The notes: generated by a model from the sequence alone, not told the origin. Numbered from the stretch's first letter, positions 10,162 to 19,478 are shown. The stretch: 64,000 bases of DNA from Candidatus Oxydemutatoraceae bacterium (GCA_965220085.1 CBDCOZ010000003.1:512001-576000); one strand, 5' to 3'. Numbers and translations are program-made.

Positions 10162-12868
10162 TTACCGCAACGGCCCTTCCAGGAAGATGCGCAGCCGCAA
10201 GCGCAGGTCGCCCCCCAGATGGATGTTCATTGACGCGGCGGCGCTGCTCTTCGTGCCATCGCTGACAGTGAATTTAAATGAGTCATAGTTTCGCCCCGCT
10301 TCCGCATCGTCCGCCGGGTAGTAGGCGAGCATGGAGATGTCGTCTGCCTCTACCTCGTATGGCACATTGCTTGCGGTGATTCTCGTCGTCCCCGCGCGCA
10401 AGATGCCTGCGGTCGGCGTGCTGGTGATAGCGATACTTCGCAGAGAGTCGTCGGCGTCCTCGTCGGCAAACGGGAAGTCGCTCTTCTGAAATGCATGGGG
10501 CATCTCCTCGGTGGTCATGGTGGGCACGGACACTTCGCTGTCTTTGGTCGTCGGCGCATCGTTGACATTGGCAACCCGCGCACCAGCGGAACAGAGCGGG
10601 CCCTCGGTCGTGTCTATGCCATCTTCAAATGTCAGGCAGACGCGGATGTATCGGTTGACATGGGCTTGCAACGGGGTGAAGGCTGCGGCGGCGGCCCCGG
10701 CGATGTCGGCGTAGGTGCCGGCCTGAGTGGCGGACTGTTGCCACTGCCACATCAGGGTTCTGCGGTCTATGCCGTTGCCATCGCTGATGCCGTCGACGGA
10801 GGCGGTCAATTCCGTGTCCTCGTCGTAGGCGGCGCCGGCAACCGCTGTCACCGTCGGCGCGCCGGTTGCTGTTGATTGCGTGGCCGGTACCAGGTCTATG
10901 GTGATGACGGCCTCGTTGCTATCCCTTTGCGCCGCGCCCGTACCGGTTCGGACGCTGTACGTAAATCTGTCATAGTTCGCCGTGGGCGTGGTGGCAGCCG
11001 CGGGAGGGGCATAGACCAACTCGATCCCTCCTTCCTCTCCGAGTTGTTCCAATTCGTCCCTTGTGAATGCTCCGGGAACGCTCGTTAAAGTTGAGGCAGT
11101 AGCAGTGGCGGGGCGGCGGAGAGACAGCGTACCGTTGTCAGGCAGACTGACTAATTGCATGTGAACCAAGGCATCCCCGTCCTCGTCGCTAAACGGAAAA
11201 TCATCCGCCGAGAAATCATAACTGCGGCCCGCGGCCACGGGGATGGTATTGCCCGGCGCCACCGGCGCATCGGCGACATCGGCGGTCGTGATGGAGGCGG
11301 AATAGAGCGGACCCTCGCTCTCGCCCAGGCCATCGTCAAAGGTGATGCGGACGCGGGTATGCATGCCTACCTGGGCTTGGGTCAGGACGAAGGCGGCATC
11401 GGTGGCCCCGATTATGTTGGTCCAGGCGTTGCTTGTCGGCGGCGGGGCCGCGCCATCGACCGGAGCGGCTTGCTGCCACTGCCACCTGACTGTGCCCTCG
11501 TCTATGCCGTTGATGTCACGTACTATAAAGTGGGTGTTGTCGGTGTATGCGGCGGTCAGCACGGTGTGCTGGAGTTGGCTGGCGCCCGAGGGGGTGATGG
11601 CTGGCGCACCTCCGGCGGCGGCCTGGCTGGTGGATACCAGGCGGATGTGGATTGTGGCGGTATCCACGCTAACTTTGTCATCCTCGCCATCGCTGCCATC
11701 GTCCTCCACCTTGAATGTGAAAGAGGCATAGAATCCAGCTGACAAGCTGTTGCTGGTGGTGACCGCCGCATTGCCGGCAGTCGGATAATAGGTCAGGTCG
11801 CCGTCCTCAAGTTGCGCCACTGTCAGGGTGACCGGCAGGTCGCCGCTGGTCAGGGCGGCGCCATTCCTGGCCATAGTGCCGCCACCCTGGGCGGCGCCAA
11901 TGGGCAGTGCGGTTATTTGGACTTTCGCCAGCGCATCGCCATCCTCATCGGTGAATGGGAAGTCGGTCGGCTTGAATGGATATGGCTCGGCGAGGGTGGC
12001 GTTGACGGGCACCGCCACTCTGCCGAGTTGCGCCACTGGCGCATCGTTGGCGTTGACCACCGGCTCGGTGGTGACGCAGGCCTCTCCCATGGCACCAAAG
12101 TCATCCGTATAGGTGACACAGCAGCGGATGGCATCGCCGACAAACTTTTGGCTTGGCTCGAAATTGGGCTGGTTGCGACCGATGAGATCGTCTAAACCGA
12201 TTGGGGTGAATATGCCGTTGCCGCCATCATCACTGCTCCAAATCCATCTGGCACTGTTGAGATCAGAGGCGCCATCCGGGTCGTTTATGCCGAAGGCTCC
12301 CAGCGATATAGAGGCACCCTGTTTGGGTGCGCCAGTCAGTGGCGGGGAGTCAGATGCGAATCCAATGGTGAACCCGGGGTTGGGCGGATTATTGAGTCCG
12401 GTCACAGCCTCGTCTATCCGATGGCATCTCGTCTCGGAATTGGGGGTGGCGGCCATATCCGTGAACGTGGCGCAGACCTGCAGATACTTGCCCACCTGAT
12501 CCTGTCGCGGGGTTAAGGTGGCGGTGTTCGCGTTATTGAATCTGGTGGCGGTGATTCTGGTGTAGGTGCCGTCGTTGGCATCGGCCTGGCTCCATTGCCA
12601 GGTGGCGACGAAGGGGTCTGGCAACCCATCGGTGTCGGCTATGTCGCCCTTGGATGCGGTGATGGCGATGTTCCTGTTGGGGGCGCTGAGCTCTCTGGCG
12701 TAGGATACGGCGGGCTCACCGGTGGCGTTCTGCGCCTGTGCCTGCGCTTGGGCGCAGACGGCGAGCAGTGCCAGCATAAAAAGACCGCGCCCGATCATCG
12801 TTGCCCACCCGTATGTGCGCAGGGGGGGGGGGGGGGGGGGGGGTAGCATTAAAAAATTGTTTATTCAT
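10162..12868 (-). CDS. Secreted Ig/cadherin-like repeat protein (paralogue 5); SD-led start is out of frame at a C22 tract
   Basis: Main ORF 10162-12849; AGGAG-led ATG at 12868 (MNKQFFNATPPP) is one base out of frame; signal LFMLALLAVCAQAQA; ends LRLRLRIFLEGPLR. Confidence 0.8.
12822..12843. repeat. G22 homopolymer, candidate phase-variation tract
   Basis: 22 G counted, at the same relative position as the G17 tract. Confidence 0.75.
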
Positions 12869-12994
12869 AGTATTACTCCTATAGCAGTCTATGGTAGCAG
12901 TTATTCTGCTATCAGTGCGAGCCATTGTGCAAGTGCCTTTGGCAGATTGTCGATTCATCGTATTTACTCCTCATATTGTCTGGTAAATGAAATT

Positions 12995-13128
12995 GTACTA
13001 AGAGTGCTGGCACTCTTAGTACTGCGTACTACTCTACCACAAAGTGCGAGCCCTTTGCAAGAGTTGAGTTGTTCAGTGTTTCCCTCATTTAATGTACTCT
13101 ACCACAAAGTGCCGATCATTTGCAAGTC
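12995..13128 (-). promoter_or_regulatory. Second copy of the tandem promoter and palindrome
   Basis: Perfect 13-bp inverted repeat GTACTAAGAGTGC-TG-GCACTCTTAGTAC at 12995-13022; two TTGCAA..TAGAGT units. Confidence 0.55.
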
Positions 13129-13130
13129 TG

Positions 13131-13285
13131 TGTATGATGCCGTGACATATCGGACGCTTGGGGCAGATATTGTGTTGCGCCATAGGAGTGTCGGCAACAA
13201 TGCCATGGCGGTCGGGCGCGGCAAGCCATTTGAAATAGCCGCTGTTTACAGTGTCTGCAAAGCGGCCGGTCATGTCGGCACAACT
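13131..13285 (-). mobile_element. Degenerate IS481-like right-end fragment
   Basis: Begins TGTATGATGCC..CATAT.GGAC.CTTGGGGCAGATATT, the reverse complement of the IS end at 15857 and 34286. Confidence 0.7.
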
Positions 13286-13352
13286 TTTGTCATTGCAAGA
13301 TTTCTGACGTAGAGTTGCCATTACGATGACGCTGGGTTTAGCGGAGGAAAAC

Positions 13353-13634
13353 ATGAGTGAAAACAGCAGACTCGACAGGCCACCTCGCGAGGTCTTTGAA
13401 GAAGAGGTTCGGGAGAACCATAGATTTTTTCTTGAGCAGGAATTCGGGCGCGAAGACAGCGGCAAGTTTGCCCTGTTAAAGAGCAAGCAATTGATCGCCG
13501 TGCCGGATACGAGATCAGATGCCATCAAAATGGGCGAGGCCCTTTTCAAAGAAGACAGAGTCTATTCCGCACAGCAAATTGCCGCCCTGCCGGCGGACTT
13601 GGGATATATGCCTCATGCCTTGTATGCGAGTTAA
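13353..13634 (+). CDS. Small hypothetical protein, DUF5678-like
   Basis: GGAGG SD; GKFALL..IAVPDT..DAIKMG..F....YSAQQI...PADLG pattern. Confidence 0.55.
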   Translation: MSENSRLDRPPREVFEEEVRENHRFFLEQEFGREDSGKFALLKSKQLIAVPDTRSDAIKMGEALFKEDRVYSAQQIAALPADLGYMPHALYAS

Positions 13635-13810
13635 AGTTAGCGACGGACAAGCGGCGTCGGAAGCGCTCATTCTGCCCAAAGGCGGTTTGCAAAAAAGCGC
13701 AATAAAAGCCCGCCCTAAGGGCATGGAAATTAAACTCGATAGAACCCCCCGCAGATGTTTTGCATTAAATCGATAGCGCGGCCAATATCGGTCGCATATC
13801 AAAAGCGGGT
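13615..13810 (+). pseudogene. Frameshifted, truncated retropepsin-like aspartyl protease
   Basis: MPC start overlaps the upstream gene; removing 1 nt near 13769 gives CFALIDSAANIGRISK, resembling ALID(T/S)GA. Confidence 0.4.
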
Positions 13811-13920
13811 TCGTGCGGAAGCGGCTATTTTATGGAAACCTTTGACGCCGCCGCCGATGTGTTGGCATCGCATGTCGGCTTTTGTTGATGCCGGGAATCC
13901 GGAGTGTTTCCGGCAGTATG
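13810..13920. repeat. Dispersed repeat; inverted copy at about 33355-33465
   Basis: Shared ATGCCGGGAATCCGGA.TGTTTCCGGCA palindrome and flanks. Confidence 0.7.
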
Positions 13921-13921
13921 C

Positions 13922-14070
13922 GGTTTTGCCGACATGACCGGCCCCTTTGCGGATACCGCAAATAGCGGTCATTTCAAATGGTTTGCCATGCCCGACCGCC
14001 ATGGTGTCGTTGCCGACACTCCTTTGACACAACACAATATTTTCCCGTGTGTCCGATATGTCATGGCATC
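13922..14070 (+). mobile_element. Degenerate IS481-like right-end fragment, inverted relative to 13131
   Basis: Reverse complement of 13135-13285 and 17385-17533. Confidence 0.7.
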
Positions 14071-14139
14071 CGATGCCGAATTGAGCGTTGCGCAACATTG
14101 TGCTATGATGACCGCATTGATTCGTTGGGAGTATTTGAT

Positions 14140-14910
14140 ATGACTGCTATGACTGCCATGACCGCGCCACAACGCCTGCTTCGCTGGCTTGTTGTCGCCT
14201 GCATTGCGGGTGCGCTGGCGCTGGCGTTGCCAGTAGTTTGGGATCTCATAGCGCCGGCCGGCGCCGCCACGCCGAGCGCACAGCAAGCCTCCGGAGCGGG
14301 CGCAACACAAGCGGGCGCACAGACCGGCCTGAGCCTCTGGCAGGCGCTGTCCATAATGGGAGCCGGTTTTGCCTTGATTATGAGCGCCCTCGTGGGCACA
14401 TGGATATGGCTAGATGCCAGATTTGGACGCATGGAAGCCAAGTTTGACGACAGGTTCAAGGAAGCGGATGCCAAGGCGGATGCCAGATTTGAGCGCATGG
14501 AAGACAAGTTTGACGACAGGTTCAAGGAAGTGGATGCCAGATTTGAACGCATGGAAGCCAAGTTTGACGATAAGTTCAAGGAAGTGGATGCCAGATTTGA
14601 GCGCATGGAAGCCAAGCTTGAACGCATGGAAGCCAAGTTTGACGACAAGTTCAAGGAAGTGGATGCCAGATTTGAGCGCATGGAAGCCAAGTTTGACGAC
14701 AGGTTCAAGGAAGTGGATGCCAGATTTGAGCGCATGGAAGCCAAGTTTGACGACAGGTTCAAGGAAGTGGATGCCAGATTTGAGCGCATGGAAGCCAAGT
14801 TTGAGCGCATGGATGACAAGTTGAATGCCATTATCATGCATCTGGCAGGCATCAAGCGGGGCGACGATGCGCTGCGCATTCAGGATCAATGCCCTGATGA
14901 AGCGTTGTAA
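14140..14910 (+). CDS. Membrane-anchored coiled-coil tandem-repeat protein
   Basis: GGGAG SD; two hydrophobic segments; repeats of DARFERMEAKFDDRFKEV (54 bp) with 21-bp sub-units at 14410-14820. Confidence 0.8.
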   Translation: MTAMTAMTAPQRLLRWLVVACIAGALALALPVVWDLIAPAGAATPSAQQASGAGATQAGAQTGLSLWQALSIMGAGFALIMSALVGTWIWLDARFGRMEAKFDDRFKEADAKADARFERMEDKFDDRFKEVDARFERMEAKFDDKFKEVDARFERMEAKLERMEAKFDDKFKEVDARFERMEAKFDDRFKEVDARFERMEAKFDDRFKEVDARFERMEAKFERMDDKLNAIIMHLAGIKRGDDALRIQDQCPDEAL

Positions 14911-14987
14911 TGAGACGAAAGGCGGAGTGGCAAAGACACTTGCAAACTGCTAACCGATTTATACGGGCCGCCGTCAGAAGGAATGCC

Positions 14988-15225
14988 ATGCGCCGACAGT
15001 TTTTAATATCTCTCCCCTATGCGCGTCCATTTTTGCGGCGGGGTTTGCGCGGCGCCGGCGCTCACTTGCGCCTTCGTCGCGAACAGCGCACAAGCGCAGA
15101 CCGAATGCCCCGAAGGGCAAACGCGCCTCACGAAAGTAATTGCCTTTGGCGTTGCCGATGATACCGGTTGCGTTGCCGATGACGCGGCGGAGATTCTGCG
15201 GGATGTGAGGGCAAGGGGCGGACCA
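14988..15225 (+). pseudogene. Third, frameshifted fragment of the Cys-rich secreted protein, cut by IS DNA
   Basis: CAFVANSAQAQTECPEGQTRLTKVIAFGVADDTGCVADDAAEILRD matches 3882-4250. Confidence 0.55.
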
Positions 15226-15227
15226 TA

Positions 15228-15857
15228 TTCGCATAGCCGGTTTGATGACCGGTTTGACTTCGCTATCGGCGTCCATCATAGCAGCGGTCGTTGCCGAGTT
15301 CTTTATGAAGTTGATGATGCAAGTTTTTCCCGGCAAGATAAGATCAAGCGGTCAACGACAACGGCTCGTGTGCAAGGTCGTTGCCGAGATTCGGCGACCG
15401 CGCAAAAACCATCCCCCAAACCCTCTTTCATGGCGCACCCTATAAACAACCCGCAAACAGTTTATGGAGCACAAACAATACTTAATTGTTTGTGTCTCAT
15501 TAAACGTTGTTTGTGCTCTTATCACTGTGCCTCATTAAATATTGTTTGCGTACCATGTCCGCGGCGCGTTTGATTGCCGCCTGCAAGAGCAAGATATCCG
15601 CCGCTGCTACACGTATCCGAAATGCCCGAAGATGAAGGCGTTTAAATGAGCGCTTTAACCGTACGCTTCAGGAAGAGTTTGCGGAGTTTCAAGAGGACTT
15701 GTTGCGAACCGATATTCGGACATTTAATGATCGTCGGATAGACTATCTGCTATGGTTTAATAGCCAACGACCACATTACGGATTGAGGCTCCAAACACCT
15801 ATGAGACAAATTACAAAATATCTGCCCCAAGTGTCCAATATGTCATGGCATCATACA
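15228..15857 (+). mobile_element. IS481-like transposase remnant with permuted segments
   Basis: Homologous to 33476-34286; integrase-core fragments; ends CATCATACA. Confidence 0.75.
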
Positions 15858-15858
15858 A

Positions 15859-16992
15859 ATGGAATACAAGGATAATGTCGTCATTGTGGTCGGGGCGGGG
15901 TCGACCTATTCGGACGGGTTGCACAGCTGGCGCCGAGGCGACTTGCACCGTCCGTTTTTGCCGCCTCTCAACAGGGGATTCTTTCGGGGATGCAAAAAGG
16001 GCGATGTGTCCGAACTCCTGGAGTCGGTGTGTCAGGCCATGGGCAAACTCTACGGTCTGGACCCGATGGATGAGAGCAATGACAATCTGGAGGATGTTTT
16101 GGTGAAAATCTATTGCGATGTCTTAAGCGCCGAACCGTCCGGCCGCAAGCCGCGCGAAGAGCTGTTCAGGAATTTGATTCGCCTCCTCAACGCGAGGATG
16201 ACCGATACGACCAACAGTCTGGCTCCCGTAAAAACCTCGGGCATAGGGCGAATTGTCTCCCGGTATCTGGACGAATTGTCCTTCGCCCCGCAGGATATCT
16301 GCCTCGTTACTTTTAATTACGATTTGCATATCGAGAAAAACCTTCGGCGGCTAGCCGGGCTGAAAAAATACGACAAGCATGGCGGAAAAATTTTCAATTT
16401 TCCCTATTTGTATGAGTTGGGGGACGACATCCAAACAACCGCTCCCAAGGGAGAGATTCCCGAATTCGCCGAGGCGGCCGACCCTCGGAAGAACCGAATC
16501 TCCCTGTTGAAACTGCACGGCTCGCTGAATTGGTACTCCAGACACGCTTCCCCAAACCCCTCCATCACCGCGCTTTTTAATCCGAAGCGGGATGTTTTCG
16601 TCACCCCCCAAACGGATGTGAGCACCGACAACATGCAGTTTGTGGGAAAACGGAGATCCGCGACTTATCCGGTTGTCATTCCGCCGATTGTCGGCAAGGC
16701 TACCGTCTTTCATCAGCGTATCAAGGCAATTTGGGCGTTTGCCCAGACACGGCTCCGGGGGGCGACGGAGGCGGTGATTTTCGGCTACTCATTTCCGCCC
16801 GGCGACTACGAAAGCGTCAATATGCTGGAAAACACAATCGGCAAGGGCGAGCATTGCCGCCATGTTTCGGTCATTAACCCGGACCCATCGGTGGCAACCC
16901 GGATGGGAATGATACCCAAGAACAAGCCGGTGACATTGTTTCACAGCACGGAGGAATTTTTGGCGTTCCCCCTCCGCCGCCGCCCGAGATGA
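15859..16992 (+). CDS. SIR2-like domain protein
   Basis: VIVVGAGS, TFNYD, LLKLHGSLNW and IFGYSF motifs. Confidence 0.85.
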   Translation: MEYKDNVVIVVGAGSTYSDGLHSWRRGDLHRPFLPPLNRGFFRGCKKGDVSELLESVCQAMGKLYGLDPMDESNDNLEDVLVKIYCDVLSAEPSGRKPREELFRNLIRLLNARMTDTTNSLAPVKTSGIGRIVSRYLDELSFAPQDICLVTFNYDLHIEKNLRRLAGLKKYDKHGGKIFNFPYLYELGDDIQTTAPKGEIPEFAEAADPRKNRISLLKLHGSLNWYSRHASPNPSITALFNPKRDVFVTPQTDVSTDNMQFVGKRRSATYPVVIPPIVGKATVFHQRIKAIWAFAQTRLRGATEAVIFGYSFPPGDYESVNMLENTIGKGEHCRHVSVINPDPSVATRMGMIPKNKPVTLFHSTEEFLAFPLRRRPR

Positions 16993-17019
16993 CGCGCATC
17001 CCCAAGCGGCGGCGGGACT

Positions 17020-17280
17020 TCAGCTTCGCATCACCGTGTTGACGGATGTCCCTCCGACCCGGACTTTGGCGACGGTTCTGCCGTATTTGTCGCGGGCGAC
17101 CGGCTGAATCGAAACCTCCTTGCCGCCAATCAACTTCGTCAGCTTGGATTTGGCGGCATCGTGCCCCCTCTCGCCGATCTCCGGAGTCTCCACATTGGCC
17201 AGACGCACCGGATGCTTGCGGCTGGCCGTCTCAAAGGTGTCTCCGTCAATGACTTTCGTGACTGTCTCGTTTCTGATCAT
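17020..17280 (-). CDS. Minimal thermonuclease (SNase family)
   Basis: VIDGDTF, VRLANVETPE, DKYGRTVA; GGAGG SD before MIRNE. Confidence 0.85.
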   Translation of the reverse strand: MIRNETVTKVIDGDTFETASRKHPVRLANVETPEIGERGHDAAKSKLTKLIGGKEVSIQPVARDKYGRTVAKVRVGGTSVNTVMRS

Positions 17281-17566
17281 GATAACCTCCATGGGTGTAG
17301 TTGCAGATTGCGTTTCAAGCCCGGCAGATACCGTGCCATTGACCGCATTCTAGCATAAGCGAATGCTCCGAGCATCCGCTCGTATGATGCCATGACATAT
17401 CGGACACACGGGCAAATATTGTGTTGTGTCAAAGGGGCATTGGCAACGACACCATGGCGGTCGGGTGTGGCAAGCCATTTGAAATAACCGCTGTTTGCGG
17501 TATCCGCAAAGGGGCCGGTCATGTCGGCAAAACTGATGACGCGCATCCCCAAGCGGCGGCGGGACT

Positions 17567-17827
17567 TCAGTCTAGCATCGCCGTGTTGACGGATGCCCCT
17601 CCGACCCGGACTCTGGCGACGGTTCTGCCGTATTTGTCGCGGGCGACCGGCTGAATCGAAACCTCCTTGCCGCCAATCAATTTCGTCAACTTGGATTTGG
17701 CGGCATCGTGCCCCCTCTCGCCGATCTCTGGAGTCTCCACATCGGCCAGACGCACCGGATGCTTGCGGCTGGCCGTCTCAAAGGTGTCCCCGTCAATGAC
17801 TTTCGTGACTGTCTCGTTTCTGATCAT
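17567..17827 (-). CDS. Minimal thermonuclease (SNase family), second copy
   Basis: Same motifs, a few substitutions. Confidence 0.85.
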   Translation of the reverse strand: MIRNETVTKVIDGDTFETASRKHPVRLADVETPEIGERGHDAAKSKLTKLIGGKEVSIQPVARDKYGRTVARVRVGGASVNTAMLD

Positions 17828-18078
17828 GATAACCTCCATGGGCGTAGTTGCGAATTGCGTTTCAAGCCCGGCAGATGCCGTGCCATTGACCGCATTCTAG
17901 CATAAGCGAATGCTCCGAGCATCCGCCCGTATGATGCCATGACATATCGGACACACGGGCAAGTATCGTGTTGTGTCAAAGGGGCATTGGCAACGACACC
18001 ATGGCGGTCGGGTGTGGCAGTTAGCTGCTCCCGATTCGCGAGTCGCCGCTTGCATCGGTTGCCGTCCGCCGTTTCGTG

Positions 18079-19164
18079 TTAGTCGCGTCCGGAATCGGCG
18101 GCCCGCCGCTCGGCGTGAAACTTCAACTTGCGCCGATATTCGGTCACACGGTGGTCCTTCCCCGCCACAGAGAAGCCATTGGCGATGATTCGCTTGCACA
18201 ACCGCCAAACCCTAAACGGCATTGACAGATTGGGCATGACCTTGAGCGATTCCATGTCGCCGTTGCATGCGGTGAGATAGCGCATGTCGCCGACATGTTT
18301 GTATCCGCAAAAGCGCTTTTCCAGTGCGTCCGCCCACTCTTTGCTAAAGAAGGACACGATAAACACGATGATATAAGTCAACCACGACGGCGGGACGCGA
18401 GGGACGCCGTCGGCCGCGTTGACGATGCGGTAGACGGGGGCGCGAATGTCATCGGCGAATTCATCGTCCCCTACTCGCGGCCCGCCGAAAGTGTAGCAGG
18501 CGGCCAGCGAGTCGCGTTCAAGGTCTCTGGCGGCAATTGTCGCCAACGCGCCGCCGAGGGAATGTCCGGTGATGTAGAGGGAAAACTCTGGCGACAATTT
18601 GTCGACGGCGTTTCGGACTTGTTCGCGCACCTGGTTGTACGCGTTCACAAAGCCGCTATGCATCTTGACTCCGCCCTCGCCCTTGTAAAACCGTGCGTCC
18701 AGATCGGTTTTAATATCCGTCCAACTGTTCGCCTCCGTTCCGCGGAAAGCGAGAACGGCGGTGCTGTCTTCTTTGCGCTTTGCGAGAAACGCCTGAGTGT
18801 CGCCTTCGTTGAAACAGCGGACGAGTTCGAAACCCGCTTCGCCGAGAGCGGATTTCAATTCGGTCAACCCGTCGGGTTCCGCGCCGGAATTGTCGGATTT
18901 CAACTGCTCGGCGATGTAGCGCTTCAGGTCGTCCCGCAATTCGGTCATCTGTTTGGCGAGTTCGTCCCCGTCTTCGCGGAGTTTCGCAGCCTTGGCGATT
19001 CCGCCGATGGCGGCGAAGATTCCCTGAAAGCGGTTTTCGCCCTCATAGGGGAGATAGGCGAGTGCGCTCATTTCGCACATCATCCAAGCGGTGCGGTCGC
19101 TATATGCAACACGGAGGGTCGGCAAGACATGCAACTTTTTAGGGGCATTAAAGTAAGTGCTCAT
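18079..19164 (-). CDS. Class 3 lipase family protein
   Basis: AFRGTE, HSGF, GHSLGG, TFGGPRVG, DGVPRVPP; GAGGAG SD before MSTYF. Confidence 0.9.
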   Translation of the reverse strand: MSTYFNAPKKLHVLPTLRVAYSDRTAWMMCEMSALAYLPYEGENRFQGIFAAIGGIAKAAKLREDGDELAKQMTELRDDLKRYIAEQLKSDNSGAEPDGLTELKSALGEAGFELVRCFNEGDTQAFLAKRKEDSTAVLAFRGTEANSWTDIKTDLDARFYKGEGGVKMHSGFVNAYNQVREQVRNAVDKLSPEFSLYITGHSLGGALATIAARDLERDSLAACYTFGGPRVGDDEFADDIRAPVYRIVNAADGVPRVPPSWLTYIIVFIVSFFSKEWADALEKRFCGYKHVGDMRYLTACNGDMESLKVMPNLSMPFRVWRLCKRIIANGFSVAGKDHRVTEYRRKLKFHAERRAADSGRD

Positions 19165-19435
19165 TTTCTTTCTCCTCGACAAATATCGTTGTATTGGGGA
19201 ACGAGTATTATAAACCAGGGTGACAGTTTTCAAAGGCAAATGCGAATAATGTTTTCCGGCGGTGATTCCCTCACCCAACACTGCTCCTTTCTATTCCCTT
19301 TCCAAACTCCTTCCCGCGCCGGGATTTATCTTCGCGCCGGGCGTCGTCTTTGTCTTTCCCGTTCTCCCCTGCCGGCGCGGGTGTCGGATGGGCCGGGTCG
19401 TATAGCCGGCGCAAGCGCAGAGCGGCGGTCGGGGC

Positions 19436-19463
19436 TTCAAACCGTGTGTTCCCGTGTTATAAT
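19436..19463 (+). promoter_or_regulatory. Sigma70 promoter of the tRNA
   Basis: TTCAAA-N16-TATAAT with extended TG. Confidence 0.55.
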
Positions 19464-19478
19464 TTTTCCCTGCTTTGA

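Larger units (their letters stand above)
16988..18020. repeat. 547-bp tandem duplication (thermonuclease plus IS end)
   Basis: GATGACGCGCATCCCCAAGCGG at 16988 and 17535; IS ends at 17381 and 17928. Confidence 0.9.

Noticed and set aside
12995-13022. CIRCE (HrcA) element
   Set aside because: The GCACTC/GAGTGC half-sites are in the opposite order and lack the 9-bp spacer
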